Shown here: in pieces, positions 1 through 11,389 of the stretch | Layout of the letters: every line of letters begins with the position of its first letter | How positions within the stretch are numbered: position 1 is the stretch's first letter | Source of the DNA: an uncultured Ruficoccus sp. | GTDB lineage: Bacteria > Verrucomicrobiota > Verrucomicrobiia > Opitutales > Cerasicoccaceae | Direction: 5' to 3' | Length of the DNA stretch: 64,000 bases | NCBI GenBank assembly: GCA_965140785.1 | Contig: OZ223481.1 | Span: 192,001-256,000, forward strand | Made by a program: the position numbers and the translations under genes | Notes under the pieces: generated by a model | The model's input: the letters and a program-made list of their open reading frames with translations, nothing else | The model's database searches: none | What the model was told of the DNA's origin: nothing

Positions 1-2772
1 AACCAGAGCGAAAAAGACGCCCTCTGGCTGCGTTTTCTGCGCTCGCAGGACCGCCTGAGCGAACTCGCCCCCGAGGCCGTCCGCACCGATTTCCTGAAAA
101 TCGCCCCCCTGGGCAAAATGCTCGAGCTGGCCCGCGAATTGTCCGGCGAGGACTTCCCCGCCCCCGGCCCGCGCCCCGAGCCGGACTGCGGCGAGATTTT
201 TACCCTCACCGGCAAGGGCCGCTCCGCCGCCAAGGTCGAGCAATCCCAGGAAATCCTCCGGCGCTGGCTGGCCAACCTCGACACCCCCGACGCGCACGGC
301 CTGGGCATCCCCGAGCCCGCCACCTCGGCCAAGGAATTCGTCGCCGCCTGGGCCAACGCCCTGCAACCGCTTCAGGACTGGCTGGGCGAGGCCGGGCTGG
401 CCTTCGCCTCCGCCGTGGCCCGGCGCTACCGGCAGTTTCGCCTGGAAGCCGGACGGCTGACCTACGACGACATGATTGTCCTCGCCGACCGGCTGCTGGC
501 CCAGCCGCAGGCGCTGGCCGAGATCCGCGCCCATCGCTGGCGCATCATTCTCGACGAGGCCCAGGACACCGACCCGGTGCAGTTCCGCATCCTCACCGCC
601 GTGGCCCGCGAGAACGGCGCGCCCGCCGACTGGCCCGGCCCGGCCGAAGCCCCGCCCGGCGGGCACTTCTGCATGGTGGGCGACCCGCAACAGTCCATCT
701 ACAGCGACCGTGCCGACCTGCATGGCTATCTCGCGCTCCATGAGGCGCTCTCGGACGCGCCCGACGGGGACGCGCTGACCTTCACCGTAACCATGCGCTG
801 CGACCAGGCCGTGGTCGAGGCCGTCAACACCGCCTTTCCCGCCGTGCTCAACGGCTCCGCCGGGCAGGTGGACCTCGTGCCGCTGGAAGCCCGCCCCGGC
901 GTGCTGCCCGGCTGTGTCGAACGCCTGACCCTGGCCCCCGAGGCCGAGAGCGCCAAAAAACGCGACCAGCTCGAGGCCGAAGCCGCCGCCCTCGCCGAGT
1001 GGCTGCAAGCCCGCGGCCCCGCCCAACTGGGCGCCCACGGCTGGGGCGAAGTCGCCCTGCTGTGCCCGCGCAAGGACGGCCTCGACGCCCTCGCCTTTCA
1101 ACTGGAAAAACGCGGCCTGCCCGTGCAGAACCACTCCCGCAACGACCTCCTCGGCGATGACCCGGCCTTTGCCTGGGCGGCCGGACTGGCTCAGGTCATG
1201 GCGCACCCGGGGGACGCCTTCGAGCTGTTTGGTGTGCTGCGGGAGGTCTTCGCCGTGGCCGACGGCGAGATGGCCGCGCTCGTCCAGGCCGCCCGCGAGG
1301 CGGACCAGCCCTCGCCCCTGCACCTGGAGTCGCGCCCGGAGCAGGTTCCCGGCCTGACCGGGGAAATCCTCTCCCTGCTCTACACCGCCCGCCAGCGTTG
1401 TATCCGTTTATCACTACGCGAAGCGTTGGAGCACCTGCTCTCGGCCACAAACCTGCCCGCCCGGCTGGCCGCCCTGCCGGGGGTTTCCCCCGCCCGCCTG
1501 ACGCAGACGCTCGACGCACTGCGGCTGGAGGCCGTCGCCGCCGAGGCCCGGGGCGAGAGCCTGGCGGACCTCGCCAAGACCCTCCGCCGCCGCTACCAGG
1601 AAGCGCCCGGCGAGGCCCCCGCCGCCCCAGACCGCATTCAACTGCTGACTTGTCACAAGTCCAAGGGGCTGGAGTGGCCGGTGGTCATCCTGCCGCTGTT
1701 TTTCTCGCCCATCAGCGAAGCCCGCGCCAACTACCCGCAGTTGCTCGGCGGACCCGGCGAGGCTCCGACGCTGGCTGTATCCAAAAATCATGACAAATCC
1801 TCCGCCAAGGCCGCGCAGGCCCGGCGCGGTTCCCAGACCTACGAGCGGCTGCTCTACGTCAGCGCCACCCGCGCCCGCCACAGCCTGATCGTGGTCGAGG
1901 ACGAGGAACTCTTTAAAAAGGCCGACGGCTCCTTCGCCGCCGGGCTGCGCGCCCGCTCCGAAGACGACAACCGCCCCTGGTGGGACGCCCTGCCCGCCTT
2001 CGCGCCTAAGCCCGAGCGGTTCCCCGCCCGCACCGCGCCTGGAGACTCTTCCAGCCCCGAGGTAGATTTCGCCCAGCCATCCGACACCGACACCGCCGAC
2101 GCCGGGGCCCAAGCCGAGCGCGAGCAGCGCCGCCAGTACGCCCGTGAGCGGCGGGTCAATTCCCCGAGCGCGTGCTGCCCAGTTCGCTGGCGCGGCACGC
2201 GAGCTTCGAGGGCCACCACCGCGACGAACGCGACCTGGCCGCCGAGCCGCTTTTCCCGGAGTTGGCCGCCGCCGCAGCCGCCAAAAAAGGAGCCGACTAC
2301 GGCAACTGGTGGCACCTGACGATGGAAACGCTTCCCTGGGCCGACGGCCCCGAGGCCTGGCGCGAGCACGCGCAGGCGAGCGGCTGGCCACACTGCCCCG
2401 ATCCGGCCCGCGCGGCGAACACGAACTGGACCTATTCCATGCCTCCGACGCCGCCCGCCAGCCTGGCCCATCCCGATCTCGCCGTGATTCGTACCGAGGT
2501 CCCGGTCTTCTGGCCCGAGAGTGCAGACACCACGTCTACGACGGAACTATCGATCTGGCGGCACGCACGCCGACACCGGCTGGCTCGTTATCGACTGGAA
2601 AACCGACCGCGTGGACCCGGCGCGTGGCCTCGCCGGCGCTGGCCGAAACTTACGGCCCCCAGCTCGACTGCTACCGCCGTGCCCTCGGGCAGCATCTTAC
2701 GCCGCCCCGGTCGAGGTCTATCTCTACAGCACCCGCCAGGGCGAATGGCTGGAGCTTCCGGCCCCGGCTTGA
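1..2772 (+). CDS. AddA/RecB-like UvrD-family helicase with C-terminal PD-(D/E)XK nuclease; 5'-partial, several frameshifts after ~2160
   Basis: Frame 1 is open from base 1. Helicase motifs ILDEAQDT, VGDPQQSIY, LTCHKSKGLEWP and LLYVSATRA. Nuclease pieces (EVPVFW, YDGTIDL, WLVIDWKTD, YGPQLDCYRRAL) are split across three frames up to TGA at 2772. Confidence 0.85.
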
Positions 2773-2822
2773 GTCGCTCGCCCGGGAACACATCGGCGAA
2801 ACCGGTTTCTATACAAATGCCC

Positions 2823-3461
2823 ATGAGGAACATCCTTTTCGACTTCGACGGCACCCTCGCCGACACGCTCCCGCTGTGCATTAGCGCATTCCGGGAGGCC
2901 ATCGAACCGCTGGTTGGACGCAAGCTCAGCGACCGCGATATCGTCGAAACCTTCGGCCCGTCTGAAGAGGGAACGATCGCCGCCCTACTCCCGGGCAAAG
3001 AAGAACAGGGCCTGCGCGGTTACCTCAAAAGCTACGCGACCCTCCATGCGCAATGGCCGGCACCCTTTCCCGGCATGCCCGAGCTGTTGCGCTACCTGCG
3101 GGACAAGCACGTCTTTCTCGGGCTCGTCACCGGCAAGGGACCACAGAGCGCCGCCCTCAGCCTCGAACGTTACGGCCTGGAGGACTTCTTTCAAACCGTG
3201 CAGACCGGCGATCCTTCCGGCCCGGTCAAAGTCCAAAAAATCACGCACGTGATCGACGAATTCGGCCTCGACCCCGGCGAAACGCTTTACGTCGGGGACG
3301 CCCTCAGCGACATCACTGCCGCGCGCGCCTGTGGGGTCCACATTGCCGCCGCGGCCTGGGCCGACTCCGCCGACCCGGACGGGCTCCGCTCCCTGAGCCC
3401 CGATTACCTGTTCACGACGCTGGAGGATTTTTACGCCTTTATCCACCGCCTTTTTGACTGA
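2823..3461 (+). CDS. HAD-superfamily hydrolase (phosphoglycolate phosphatase-like)
   Basis: ILFDFDGTLADT motif I and YVGDALSDI motif IV; real start lies inside ORF 2172..3461. Confidence 0.9.
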   Translation: MRNILFDFDGTLADTLPLCISAFREAIEPLVGRKLSDRDIVETFGPSEEGTIAALLPGKEEQGLRGYLKSYATLHAQWPAPFPGMPELLRYLRDKHVFLGLVTGKGPQSAALSLERYGLEDFFQTVQTGDPSGPVKVQKITHVIDEFGLDPGETLYVGDALSDITAARACGVHIAAAAWADSADPDGLRSLSPDYLFTTLEDFYAFIHRLFD

Positions 3462-3489
3462 GAGAAGAGGGGAGGCTTTTCGCCATCCC

Positions 3490-4128
3490 CTACCCCAGCA
3501 GCGCCAAAACTTCCCGGTGCGAGCGCAGCACGGGCACGCCGCAGGCCTCCAGGCGAGCGCGGCTCTGATGACCGCCTTCTAATAACACGCAGTCCGCGCC
3601 GATCTCGCGCGCGACCGCGTAGTCGTGCGTGGTGTCGCCGATCAGCAGCACCTCGTGCGGCTCATGGGCGAGGCTGGCCATGTGAGCGCGACCATTGGCG
3701 GTCTTGCTGGCGGCGAAGATGTTATCGAGGCCGATCAGCTTGGAGAAGTATTGCCCCAGCCCGAGCAGCCCCACCAGCTCGACCAGCGAATGATGCTCGT
3801 GCGCGGAGAGAATGACCTGCTCAATCCCGCGGGCCTGCACCGCCGCCACCGTCGTGCGGACCTCGGGATAGAGGCGGCACTCCAGCCGGCGGCGGTTGTA
3901 CGCGTCCACGAACTCCCGGCTGATCGCCTCGAAAGGATCGCGCTCCAAGTCGAAACCCAGCTTACGGTAGTACTCGATGACCGGAAAGTCGAACTCGGCC
4001 TGATAACGCTCAAGCGTGACCGGGCTCAGCGCCCGCCGGGCCACCACGCCGTTGATCACCTCCAGGCACAGCCAGGCGTCGTCCAGCAGGGTCCCGTTCC
4101 AGTCCCAGATCAGGTGTCGGTAAGCCAC
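3490..4128 (-). CDS. HAD-superfamily hydrolase
   Basis: IWDWNGTLLDD and LIGDTTHD motifs; GTG start at 4128 inferred. Confidence 0.85.
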   Translation of the reverse strand: MAYRHLIWDWNGTLLDDAWLCLEVINGVVARRALSPVTLERYQAEFDFPVIEYYRKLGFDLERDPFEAISREFVDAYNRRRLECRLYPEVRTTVAAVQARGIEQVILSAHEHHSLVELVGLLGLGQYFSKLIGLDNIFAASKTANGRAHMASLAHEPHEVLLIGDTTHDYAVAREIGADCVLLEGGHQSRARLEACGVPVLRSHREVLALLG

Positions 4129-4297
4129 AATAGCTTTATTGTCATATATCACCCCCGCCCCAGTGCCAGCCCGGAACCGGATAAAAATGAGCTCATGGAG
4201 CGGTGGACAGGAATTTTCAAAAATAGTGAACAAATTAACACATTGAGCTTGCACTCCCCGGGCAAGTTCGCACGCTGGGCTAAAAACCCACCTCACC

Positions 4298-5362
4298 ATG
4301 GCAGCACCCAAGAAAAACACCTCCTCAGACACCAAAGACGCCAAGGCGCTCGACTTCGCTATCTCCGCCATCAACAAGCAGTTCGGGGAAGGCTCGATCA
4401 TGCGCCTGGGCGAGAGCACCAAGCTCAATGTCGAGTCCGTCTCCACCGGCTCAGTCGCCATCGACCTGGCGCTCGGCGTCGGCGGGTTGCCCCGGGGCCG
4501 CATCTGCGAGATCTACGGACCCGAGTCTTCCGGTAAGACCACCCTGTGTCTGTCCATCATCGCCGAGGTCCAGCGCCAGGGCGGCAACGCGGTCTTCGTC
4601 GATGTGGAGCACGCCCTCGACCCGCGCTACGCCAAGGTCGTCGGCGTCGATCTGGACAACCTCATGATTTCCCAGCCCGAGTCGGGCGAAGACGCTCTCA
4701 ACATCACCGAGACCCTGATCCGCTCCGGCGCGGTCGATGTCGTCGTGGTGGACTCGGTCGCCGCCCTCGTCTCCCGAACCGAGCTCGACGGCCAGATGGG
4801 CGACGCCACCGTCGGCCTCCAGGCCCGCATGATGAGCCAGGCCATGCGCCGCCTCACCGGCGCGATCAACAAGTCGAAGTGCATCTGTATCTTTACCAAT
4901 CAGATCCGTGAAAAAATCGGCGTCATGTTCGGCAGCCCGGAAACGACCCCCGGCGGGCGGGCGCTGAAGTTCTTCGCCTCCGTGCGCATGGACATCCGCC
5001 GCATCGGCGCAATCAAGGACACCTCCGGCGCCGTCAAGGGCAACCGCACCCGCGTCAAGGTGGTCAAGAACAAGGTCGCCCCGCCCTTCACCGAGTGCGA
5101 GTTCGACATCATGTACAGCGAGGGCATCTCCCGCACCGGCTCCCTGCTCGACCTCGGCGTGGAGCACAAGCTGGTGGAAAAGAAAGGCGCGTGGTTCGGC
5201 TACAACGGCGACCTCATCGGCCAGGGACGCGAAGCGGCCAAGGCCTACCTGAGCGAACACACCGACGTGATGAAGGACCTGCAGGAGAAAATCCTCGATA
5301 AGGTCCAGGTCGTCGGCGGTACCGCTCTGGCCGAGTCTCACGCCGCCGAAGACGAGGAGTAG
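4298..5362 (+). CDS. recA: Recombinase RecA
   Basis: GPESSGKTT Walker [30 protein letters not shown]. Confidence 0.99.
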   Translation: MAAPKKNTSSDTKDAKALDFAISAINKQFGEGSIMRLGESTKLNVESVSTGSVAIDLALGVGGLPRGRICEIYGPESSGKTTLCLSIIAEVQRQGGNAVFVDVEHALDPRYAKVVGVDLDNLMISQPESGEDALNITETLIRSGAVDVVVVDSVAALVSRTELDGQMGDATVGLQARMMSQAMRRLTGAINKSKCICIFTNQIREKIGVMFGSPETTPGGRALKFFASVRMDIRRIGAIKDTSGAVKGNRTRVKVVKNKVAPPFTECEFDIMYSEGISRTGSLLDLGVEHKLVEKKGAWFGYNGDLIGQGREAAKAYLSEHTDVMKDLQEKILDKVQVVGGTALAESHAAEDEE

Positions 5363-5529
5363 CAGCTGGTCCACAAGCACCGTCGGGGAAACCGGCCCTG
5401 CAACACCCGCACGTCCTAAAACCGGGTTGGGTTACTTTTGCCCGGCGCTTGCCGCCTCAATGCTCGCGAGGACAGGCCGCATTTTCTGCGTGACGCCTGC
5501 GCCTGCGGCTCTGAGAATCGCCGGTACGC

Positions 5530-6888
5530 ATGCCTTTTGGAGAAACCATCGCCGCCCTGTCCACCCCGACCGGGGAAGCCGCCCTCGCCGTCATCCGCCT
5601 GTCCGGACCGGACTGCGAGCGTGTGGGCCGGGACTGCTTCGGTTCCACGTGGAACGCTGAGCCCCGCCGCGCCGCGCTCGTCGAATACAAGTCGCTGGCC
5701 AACAAGACGTTGGACAAGTGCCTCGCCCTCTACTTTCAAGACGGGCACAGCTACACCGGCGAGCCGATGCTGGAGCTGAGCCTGCACGGCAGCCCGCTCG
5801 TCGTCCAGCTCGTGCTGGAGGATTTGCTGGCGCGGGGCTGTCGGCTGGCCGAGCCGGGAGAGTTCACCAAGACGGCCTTTCTCAACGGCAAGCTCGACCT
5901 GAGCCAGGCCGAGGCCGTCGGCGATCTCATCCACGCCCGCAGTGAGCGCGCCCTGCACGTCGCCCACCGCCAACTCGCCGGCTCCATCGGCAAGCGCATG
6001 GACGCCTATACCCAGCGGCTGCTCCGTGTTCAGGCCGAGCTGGAGGCGTATATTGATTTTCCCGAGGAGGATTTGCCCGAGGAAGACCAGTCCGGGCCGG
6101 TTTCCGCCATTCAGGTCTTGAGCAGGGATATATCTCAACTCATTGACACCCAACACTTTTCATCCCTACTCCATGAGGGCGTGCAGACCGTCATCCTGGG
6201 TGCGCCCAATGCGGGCAAGAGCAGCTTGCTCAACTGGCTGGCCGGGCAGGACCGGGTCATTGTCAGCGATACGCCCGGCACGACGCGCGATGTGGTGGCC
6301 GAGCGGGTCGTCGTCGGCGACTACGTGCTCCAGCTCATGGATACCGCCGGCCTCCATACATCCGAGGACGCGCTCGAGCGGCTCGGCATGGCGAAAACCC
6401 TGGAGTGGCTGGACCGGGCTGACTTTCTGCTCGTTGTGGTGGATAGCGCCGCCCCCTCCCCTACCCTGCCGCCGGAAGCCCTCGCGAAGATTCACGCCGA
6501 CAACGCACTCGTCATCGAAAACAAGTGCGATCTGCCGGACAGCGAGTCCAAAAGCAACTTCCTGCCCGACTGCCGCCATGTCTGCCTATCCCTGACCACC
6601 GGTGAAGGCTGCGACCAACTGCGTTCCCAGATTACCGAGGCTCTCTCCGCCGGGCACCACGTGCCGCATGAGGACGAGCTAATTGTCAGCACCCGCCACG
6701 CCGCCGCCCTGAGTCGTGCGGTGGAGGCACTGGAAACCACCCTCACCCGCCTTAACGAAGGCGCGCCCCCCGAGCTGGCGGCCTCTGACCTGCGGCTGGC
6801 AGTGGAGGCATTTGGGGAAGTCGTCGGGAAAATTGACAATGAGGCTATGCTCGACCAGCTTTTTGCCTCCTTTTGCATCGGAAAATGA
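5530..6888 (+). CDS. mnmE: tRNA modification GTPase MnmE
   Basis: [28 protein letters not shown]-terminal FCIGK. Confidence 0.98.
   Translation: MPFGETIAALSTPTGEAALAVIRLSGPDCERVGRDCFGSTWNAEPRRAALVEYKSLANKTLDKCLALYFQDGHSYTGEPMLELSLHGSPLVVQLVLEDLLARGCRLAEPGEFTKTAFLNGKLDLSQAEAVGDLIHARSERALHVAHRQLAGSIGKRMDAYTQRLLRVQAELEAYIDFPEEDLPEEDQSGPVSAIQVLSRDISQLIDTQHFSSLLHEGVQTVILGAPNAGKSSLLNWLAGQDRVIVSDTPGTTRDVVAERVVVGDYVLQLMDTAGLHTSEDALERLGMAKTLEWLDRADFLLVVVDSAAPSPTLPPEALAKIHADNALVIENKCDLPDSESKSNFLPDCRHVCLSLTTGEGCDQLRSQITEALSAGHHVPHEDELIVSTRHAAALSRAVEALETTLTRLNEGAPPELAASDLRLAVEAFGEVVGKIDNEAMLDQLFASFCIGK
5641..5656. promoter_or_regulatory. parS-like site inside mnmE
   Basis: GGTTCCACGTGGAACG; 14-bp palindromic core of the parS consensus TGTTYCACGTGRAACA. 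Confidence 0.75.
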
Positions 6889-8819
6889 AGCCTCCCTTGA
6901 AATTCGGCCCTGATCAGCCCTACGATGTCATCGTCTGCGGTGCCGGACACGCCGGGTGTGAAGCCGCCATGGCCGCCGCCCGCATGGGCGCCGACACCCT
7001 CCTGCTGACCGGGAATATCGACACCATCGCGCAGATGAGCTGTAATCCGGCCATCGGCGGCCAGGCCAAAGGCCACATTGTGCGCGAGATCGACGCCCTC
7101 GGCGGTGTCATGGCCTTGAACGCCGACACCACCGCCATCCAGTTCCGCCTCTTAAACGCGTCCAAGGGCCCCGCCGTCCAGGCCCCCCGCGCCCAGTGCG
7201 ATAAAAAGGCGTACCAATTCCGCATGAAGCACCAGATCGAGCTTCAGGACAACCTGACGCTCTTTCAGGCCCTGGTCGAGGGGCTGATTTTCGAGGGTGA
7301 CCGGGTCGCGGGAGTAAAAACCCGCCTGGATGTCAGCTTTTACGGCAAAACCGTGGTCGTGACGACCGGGACCTTCCTGCGGGGCCTGATGCATATCGGC
7401 AAAAACCGTAATGAAGGGGGCCGACTAGGAGATTTTACGGCCAAGGGACTCTCCGGGAGCTTTCTGGAGGCCGGTATCGAGCTGGAACGGCTGAAAACAG
7501 GCACACCGCCCCGTATCCTGGGCTCCAGCATCGATTTTTCTGTCTGCGAGGAGCAAAAAGGCGATACGCAGCCCACCCGCTTCGGGTTTTACGACACACA
7601 CTTCGGCGAGGATGTGTTCCACGTGGAACATTTACAGGGCAATCCAGAGTGGGACCGGCGACTGTTCCACGTGGAACAGTCCGGTCAGCGTTTGCTTGGC
7701 TGGCTACCCGGCGCGGACCAGGTTTCCTGCTGGGAAACCACGACTACCGAGCAGACCGGGGACATTATCCGCGAGAATCTCCACCTTTCCCCCCTTTACG
7801 GCGGGATGATCGAGGGGGTGGGGCCCCGGTACTGCCCGAGCATCGAGGACAAGATCGTGCGCTTTGCCGACAAGCCCTCGCACAAGCTGTTTCTGGAGCC
7901 GGAGGGCCGCAATACCGACGAGTGGTACATCAACGGACTCTCCAGCAGCCTGCCTTTCGAGGTTCAGCTCCAGATCCTGCATAGCGTGAAGGGTCTGGAG
8001 CGGGCGGTTATGCTGCGCCCGGCCTACGCGGTAGAGTACGATTTCGCGCCGCCGACGCAGCTGTTTCCGTCCCTGGAGTCCAAAAAGGTCGAGGGCTTGT
8101 TCTTCGCCGGGCAGATTAACGGTACCTCCGGCTATGAAGAGGCCGCCGGGCAAGGGCTGCTGGCGGGAGTCAATGCTGTGCAGAAGGTGAGGGGAGGGAC
8201 GCCGCTGGTGCTGGGCCGCCACGAGGGCTACCTCGGCGTGCTGATCGACGACCTTGTGACCAAGGGCACAAAGGAGCCGTACCGGATGTTCACCAGCCGT
8301 GCCGAGTACCGACTGCTCTTTAACCACGGCAGCGCCGAGATCCGCCTCGGGCCGCATGCGATTGCCCACGGACTGATCGAGCAGGAACGGGCGAGCCGCA
8401 TGCAGGATAAACTGGCGCAGATTGCCAGCTGGACAGAGAAACTGGAGGCCACCACCACCCGCGGCGGTACCTATGGGGATTTACTGCGGCGCAACCGGGC
8501 AGAAGCAGAGACACAATTGCCCCAGGAGTTTCAGCAACTCTCACAGGCCATCCGCGACGAGGTGCTCTACTGCATCTGCTACCGGGGCTACCGGGAGCGC
8601 GAACTCCGACACATTGAAAAGCTCAAGGGGATCGCCAACGTAAAACTTCCAAAAGATTTTAATTTCCTGGAAATTAAGGGATTACGTAAGGAGAGCGCGC
8701 TCAAGCTGGATGAAATCCGCCCACTCGACCTCGCCCAGGCCAGCCGGATCAGCGGTGTTAATCCCGCCGACATCAGCCTGATTCTGGTCGCCCTGAAGGC
8801 ACGCCGGAGCCAGCGCTGA
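6885..8819 (+). CDS. mnmG: tRNA uridine 5-carboxymethylaminomethyl modification enzyme MnmG (GidA)
   Basis: [57 protein letters not shown] overlap with the mnmE stop. Confidence 0.98.
   Translation: MKPPLKFGPDQPYDVIVCGAGHAGCEAAMAAARMGADTLLLTGNIDTIAQMSCNPAIGGQAKGHIVREIDALGGVMALNADTTAIQFRLLNASKGPAVQAPRAQCDKKAYQFRMKHQIELQDNLTLFQALVEGLIFEGDRVAGVKTRLDVSFYGKTVVVTTGTFLRGLMHIGKNRNEGGRLGDFTAKGLSGSFLEAGIELERLKTGTPPRILGSSIDFSVCEEQKGDTQPTRFGFYDTHFGEDVFHVEHLQGNPEWDRRLFHVEQSGQRLLGWLPGADQVSCWETTTTEQTGDIIRENLHLSPLYGGMIEGVGPRYCPSIEDKIVRFADKPSHKLFLEPEGRNTDEWYINGLSSSLPFEVQLQILHSVKGLERAVMLRPAYAVEYDFAPPTQLFPSLESKKVEGLFFAGQINGTSGYEEAAGQGLLAGVNAVQKVRGGTPLVLGRHEGYLGVLIDDLVTKGTKEPYRMFTSRAEYRLLFNHGSAEIRLGPHAIAHGLIEQERASRMQDKLAQIASWTEKLEATTTRGGTYGDLLRRNRAEAETQLPQEFQQLSQAIRDEVLYCICYRGYRERELRHIEKLKGIANVKLPKDFNFLEIKGLRKESALKLDEIRPLDLAQASRISGVNPADISLILVALKARRSQR
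7615..7630. promoter_or_regulatory. parS site inside mnmG
   Basis: Perfect palindrome TGTTCCACGTGGAACA. Confidence 0.9.
7663..7678. promoter_or_regulatory. parS site inside mnmG
   Basis: Perfect TGTTCCACGTGGAACA, extending to a 20-bp palindrome at 7661-7680. Confidence 0.9.
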
Positions 8820-9134
8820 AAGGGATGGCTCCGGCATGAACTGGCTGGGGTGATGGCCAGGGCCAGTGTCCAGTCCGGGGGAGATCCTTCGACTCGCACC
8901 GCTCGCTCAGGTTGACAACGGGTAGGTAATCATTGTCTCGGAGTAGCTGCTGCCTGGGCAATTGGTCGTCGGTACTGTGTGGGTCGGCAGGCAGATAGAT
9001 GGGACCACAGGGTAGGGGAGAAGTGGGCCGCCCACCGCGTTTTACGCGCAGCCTGTCCTCAGCCTTATCGGTTGATGACGCTGTGCTGACACGGACGCTT
9101 TTCACCACCGGTCAAGCCCCGGCGGGCGATTCTG

Positions 9135-9274
9135 TTGTAATATTGTCGTTACGTCGTTGTCACGTTGACGTGACGACCGCCAGTAACTCTTTGGTATCTT
9201 GCTTATAGCCAACGAGTTGATAACACAACAACGAGACCCATAGGTATTTACATTTTATTTACAAAATGTTTTCA
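9135..9274. promoter_or_regulatory. Putative PhoB/OmpR-type binding arrays upstream of the response regulator
   Basis: GTAAT/GTTAC/GTCAC/GTGAC at 9137, 9148, 9159, 9170 and TTTACA/TTTACA/TTTTCA at 9247, 9258, 9269; both arrays have an exact 11-bp period. Confidence 0.55.
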
Positions 9275-9327
9275 ATGTTGGCAAAGGATGTGTTTTGACT
9301 CATAGCTGAGGGTCATACTTCCCTGCC

Positions 9328-10023
9328 GTGAACAAAGATAAGAAAATACTCGTTGTCGATGACGAGCCGGACGTGACCGAGTTGCTTGACTACAAGCTGC
9401 GGCAGGAAGGCTATCGCGTCTCAGTGATCAACGATCCGCTGATGATCATGGGGACGGCCCGCTCGTTCCATCCCGATCTGGTCATCCTGGACATCATGAT
9501 GCCTGACCTCAATGGCATCCAGATCTGCCGCATGCTGCGGGCCGACCCGGTCATGAAGGCCGTCCCGGTCATCTTCCTGACCGCGCGCGGCGAGGCCGAC
9601 GACCGAATCAAGGGCTTCGAGACGGGCGCGGACGACTATATCAGCAAGCCTTTCGACACCCGCGAGCTGCTGCTGCGCGTCAAGGCGCTGTTTAAGCGTC
9701 TGGGGCAGAGTGCCGAGGCCAACGCCGAGCGGGAAATCGCCATCGGCAAGGTGACGATCGACATCGAGAAGCACCGCCTGAGCGTGGAGGGGCGCGACGT
9801 GGACCTGACCGCGACCGAGTTCAAGCTGCTGCGGCTGCTGATGGAGCGCAAGGGCCGGGTGCAGAGCCGGGAGAATCTACTGGTGAACGTGTGGAACTAC
9901 GAGGCGGACATCGAGACGCGCACCGTGGACACGCATATCCGCCGCCTGCGCGAGAAGCTCGAAGACCATGCCGGGATCATTGAAACGGTCCGCGGTGTCG
10001 GCTACCGCGCCGTTGACAAGTGA
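9328..10023 (+). CDS. OmpR/PhoB-family response regulator (PhoB/PhoP-like)
   Basis: VVDDE, LDIMMP, GADDYISKPF, winged-helix RTVDTHIRRLREKL...ETVRGVGY. Confidence 0.92.
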   Translation: MNKDKKILVVDDEPDVTELLDYKLRQEGYRVSVINDPLMIMGTARSFHPDLVILDIMMPDLNGIQICRMLRADPVMKAVPVIFLTARGEADDRIKGFETGADDYISKPFDTRELLLRVKALFKRLGQSAEANAEREIAIGKVTIDIEKHRLSVEGRDVDLTATEFKLLRLLMERKGRVQSRENLLVNVWNYEADIETRTVDTHIRRLREKLEDHAGIIETVRGVGYRAVDK

Positions 10024-10051
10024 GCCCTTTCGTGGCCAGCATTCCAGCAGC

Positions 10052-11389
10052 ATGGGGGTACTCGTTTTTCTATTGGCCGTCTGGGTTCTGTACCTGCTGC
10101 TGCGACTGAGCCGTCTGCGCGCCGTGATGAAAAAGGCCACTGAGGCCCTTGAGTCACGCAAGTCATTCCTTTTAAACGAGAAGGGGAACTGGAGGCGGCG
10201 ATACTTTCTGGATAGGATGGCGCGGGAGATCAACACGCTGACCGATATCCAACGCCACACCGAGCGGCGCGAAGAGGGCTACCTCCAGCAGATCGAAACC
10301 GCACTGGAGAACCTGATCGAGGCTGTCCTGATCGTCAATGACGAGAACCAGCTCGTCATGGCCAACCCGGCCGCCCGCCGCCTGCTGCGCATGGAGGGGC
10401 GCACGGAGGGCAAGCGCGTCGAGCAGTACCTGCAGAGCCCGCAGTTTCTGGAGTTGATGAAGCGCATCCGCGCCGGCGAATACAGCGGCTTTCAGGAGAT
10501 CGAGCTGGTGCGGGGCAAGGCTTCGCACACCTTCGAGGTAACGGGGGCACCGATCCCGAACGTCGACCCGCATGCCCCGGACATGACGCTGTTCGTGCTG
10601 CACGACATCACGCGTCTGAAAGTGCTGGAGGGTATCCGTAAGGAATTTGTAGCTAACGTCTCGCACGAGTTGCGCACACCCGTCACAATCATCAAGGGCT
10701 ACGCCGACACGCTGCTGGAGGACCAGGCCCAGCTTGAGCCGGAGGACATGGCCCGCTTTCTGGCCAAAATCCAGAAAAACGTGGACCGCCTGCACCTGCT
10801 GCTGGAAGACCTGCTTGTGCTCTCGCGGCTGGAGTGGGGGACCGAGTCGGTCTCGAAGGAGCCGTACTCGCTGCCGCAGATCCTGCGCGAGCTCCAGGAG
10901 AACATCCAGGCTCGCCTGGAAAACAGCGGTAAAAAGCTTTTTATCGAGATTGACCCGATGGTGGACCGCCTGATGATCGACCCGATCAAAATTTCGCGTG
11001 TCTTTCAAAATGTTTGCGACAACATCACCCGCTATGCCAAAGGGTTTACCAAAATCCAGATCCGCGCCCGCTACGAGGGTGGCCGGGTCCGGGTATCGAT
11101 CGAGGACGACGGGTGCGGGATTCCCGCCGCCGACGTACCACACATTTTTGAGCGCTTTTACCGCGTGGACAAGGGCCGTTCGCGCGAACTGGGAGGGACG
11201 GGCCTGGGTTTGAGCATCGTCAAGCACATCATCCAGCTCCATGGGGGCGAAGTCGCCGCGCACAGCGTGGAAGGCGAGGGCACCCGGATCGAGTTCACGC
11301 TGCCGGACACCAGCGCCGAGGCCGCCGCCCGGGTGTCGGCCACGCGCCGCGCGCGCCGGGGTACCCAGCCGGTTGATTCCGATGCCTGA
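10052..11389 (+). CDS. PhoR-like sensor histidine kinase (TM, PAS, HisKA, HATPase)
   Basis: EFVANVSHELRTP H-box, DDGCGI, FERFYRVDKGRSRELGGTGLGL. Confidence 0.92.
   Translation: MGVLVFLLAVWVLYLLLRLSRLRAVMKKATEALESRKSFLLNEKGNWRRRYFLDRMAREINTLTDIQRHTERREEGYLQQIETALENLIEAVLIVNDENQLVMANPAARRLLRMEGRTEGKRVEQYLQSPQFLELMKRIRAGEYSGFQEIELVRGKASHTFEVTGAPIPNVDPHAPDMTLFVLHDITRLKVLEGIRKEFVANVSHELRTPVTIIKGYADTLLEDQAQLEPEDMARFLAKIQKNVDRLHLLLEDLLVLSRLEWGTESVSKEPYSLPQILRELQENIQARLENSGKKLFIEIDPMVDRLMIDPIKISRVFQNVCDNITRYAKGFTKIQIRARYEGGRVRVSIEDDGCGIPAADVPHIFERFYRVDKGRSRELGGTGLGLSIVKHIIQLHGGEVAAHSVEGEGTRIEFTLPDTSAEAAARVSATRRARRGTQPVDSDA

Noticed and set aside
2172..3461. Apparent 429-aa nuclease-HAD fusion ORF
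   Set aside because: Artefact of frameshifts in the helicase 3' end running in-frame into the HAD gene, which starts at ~2823.
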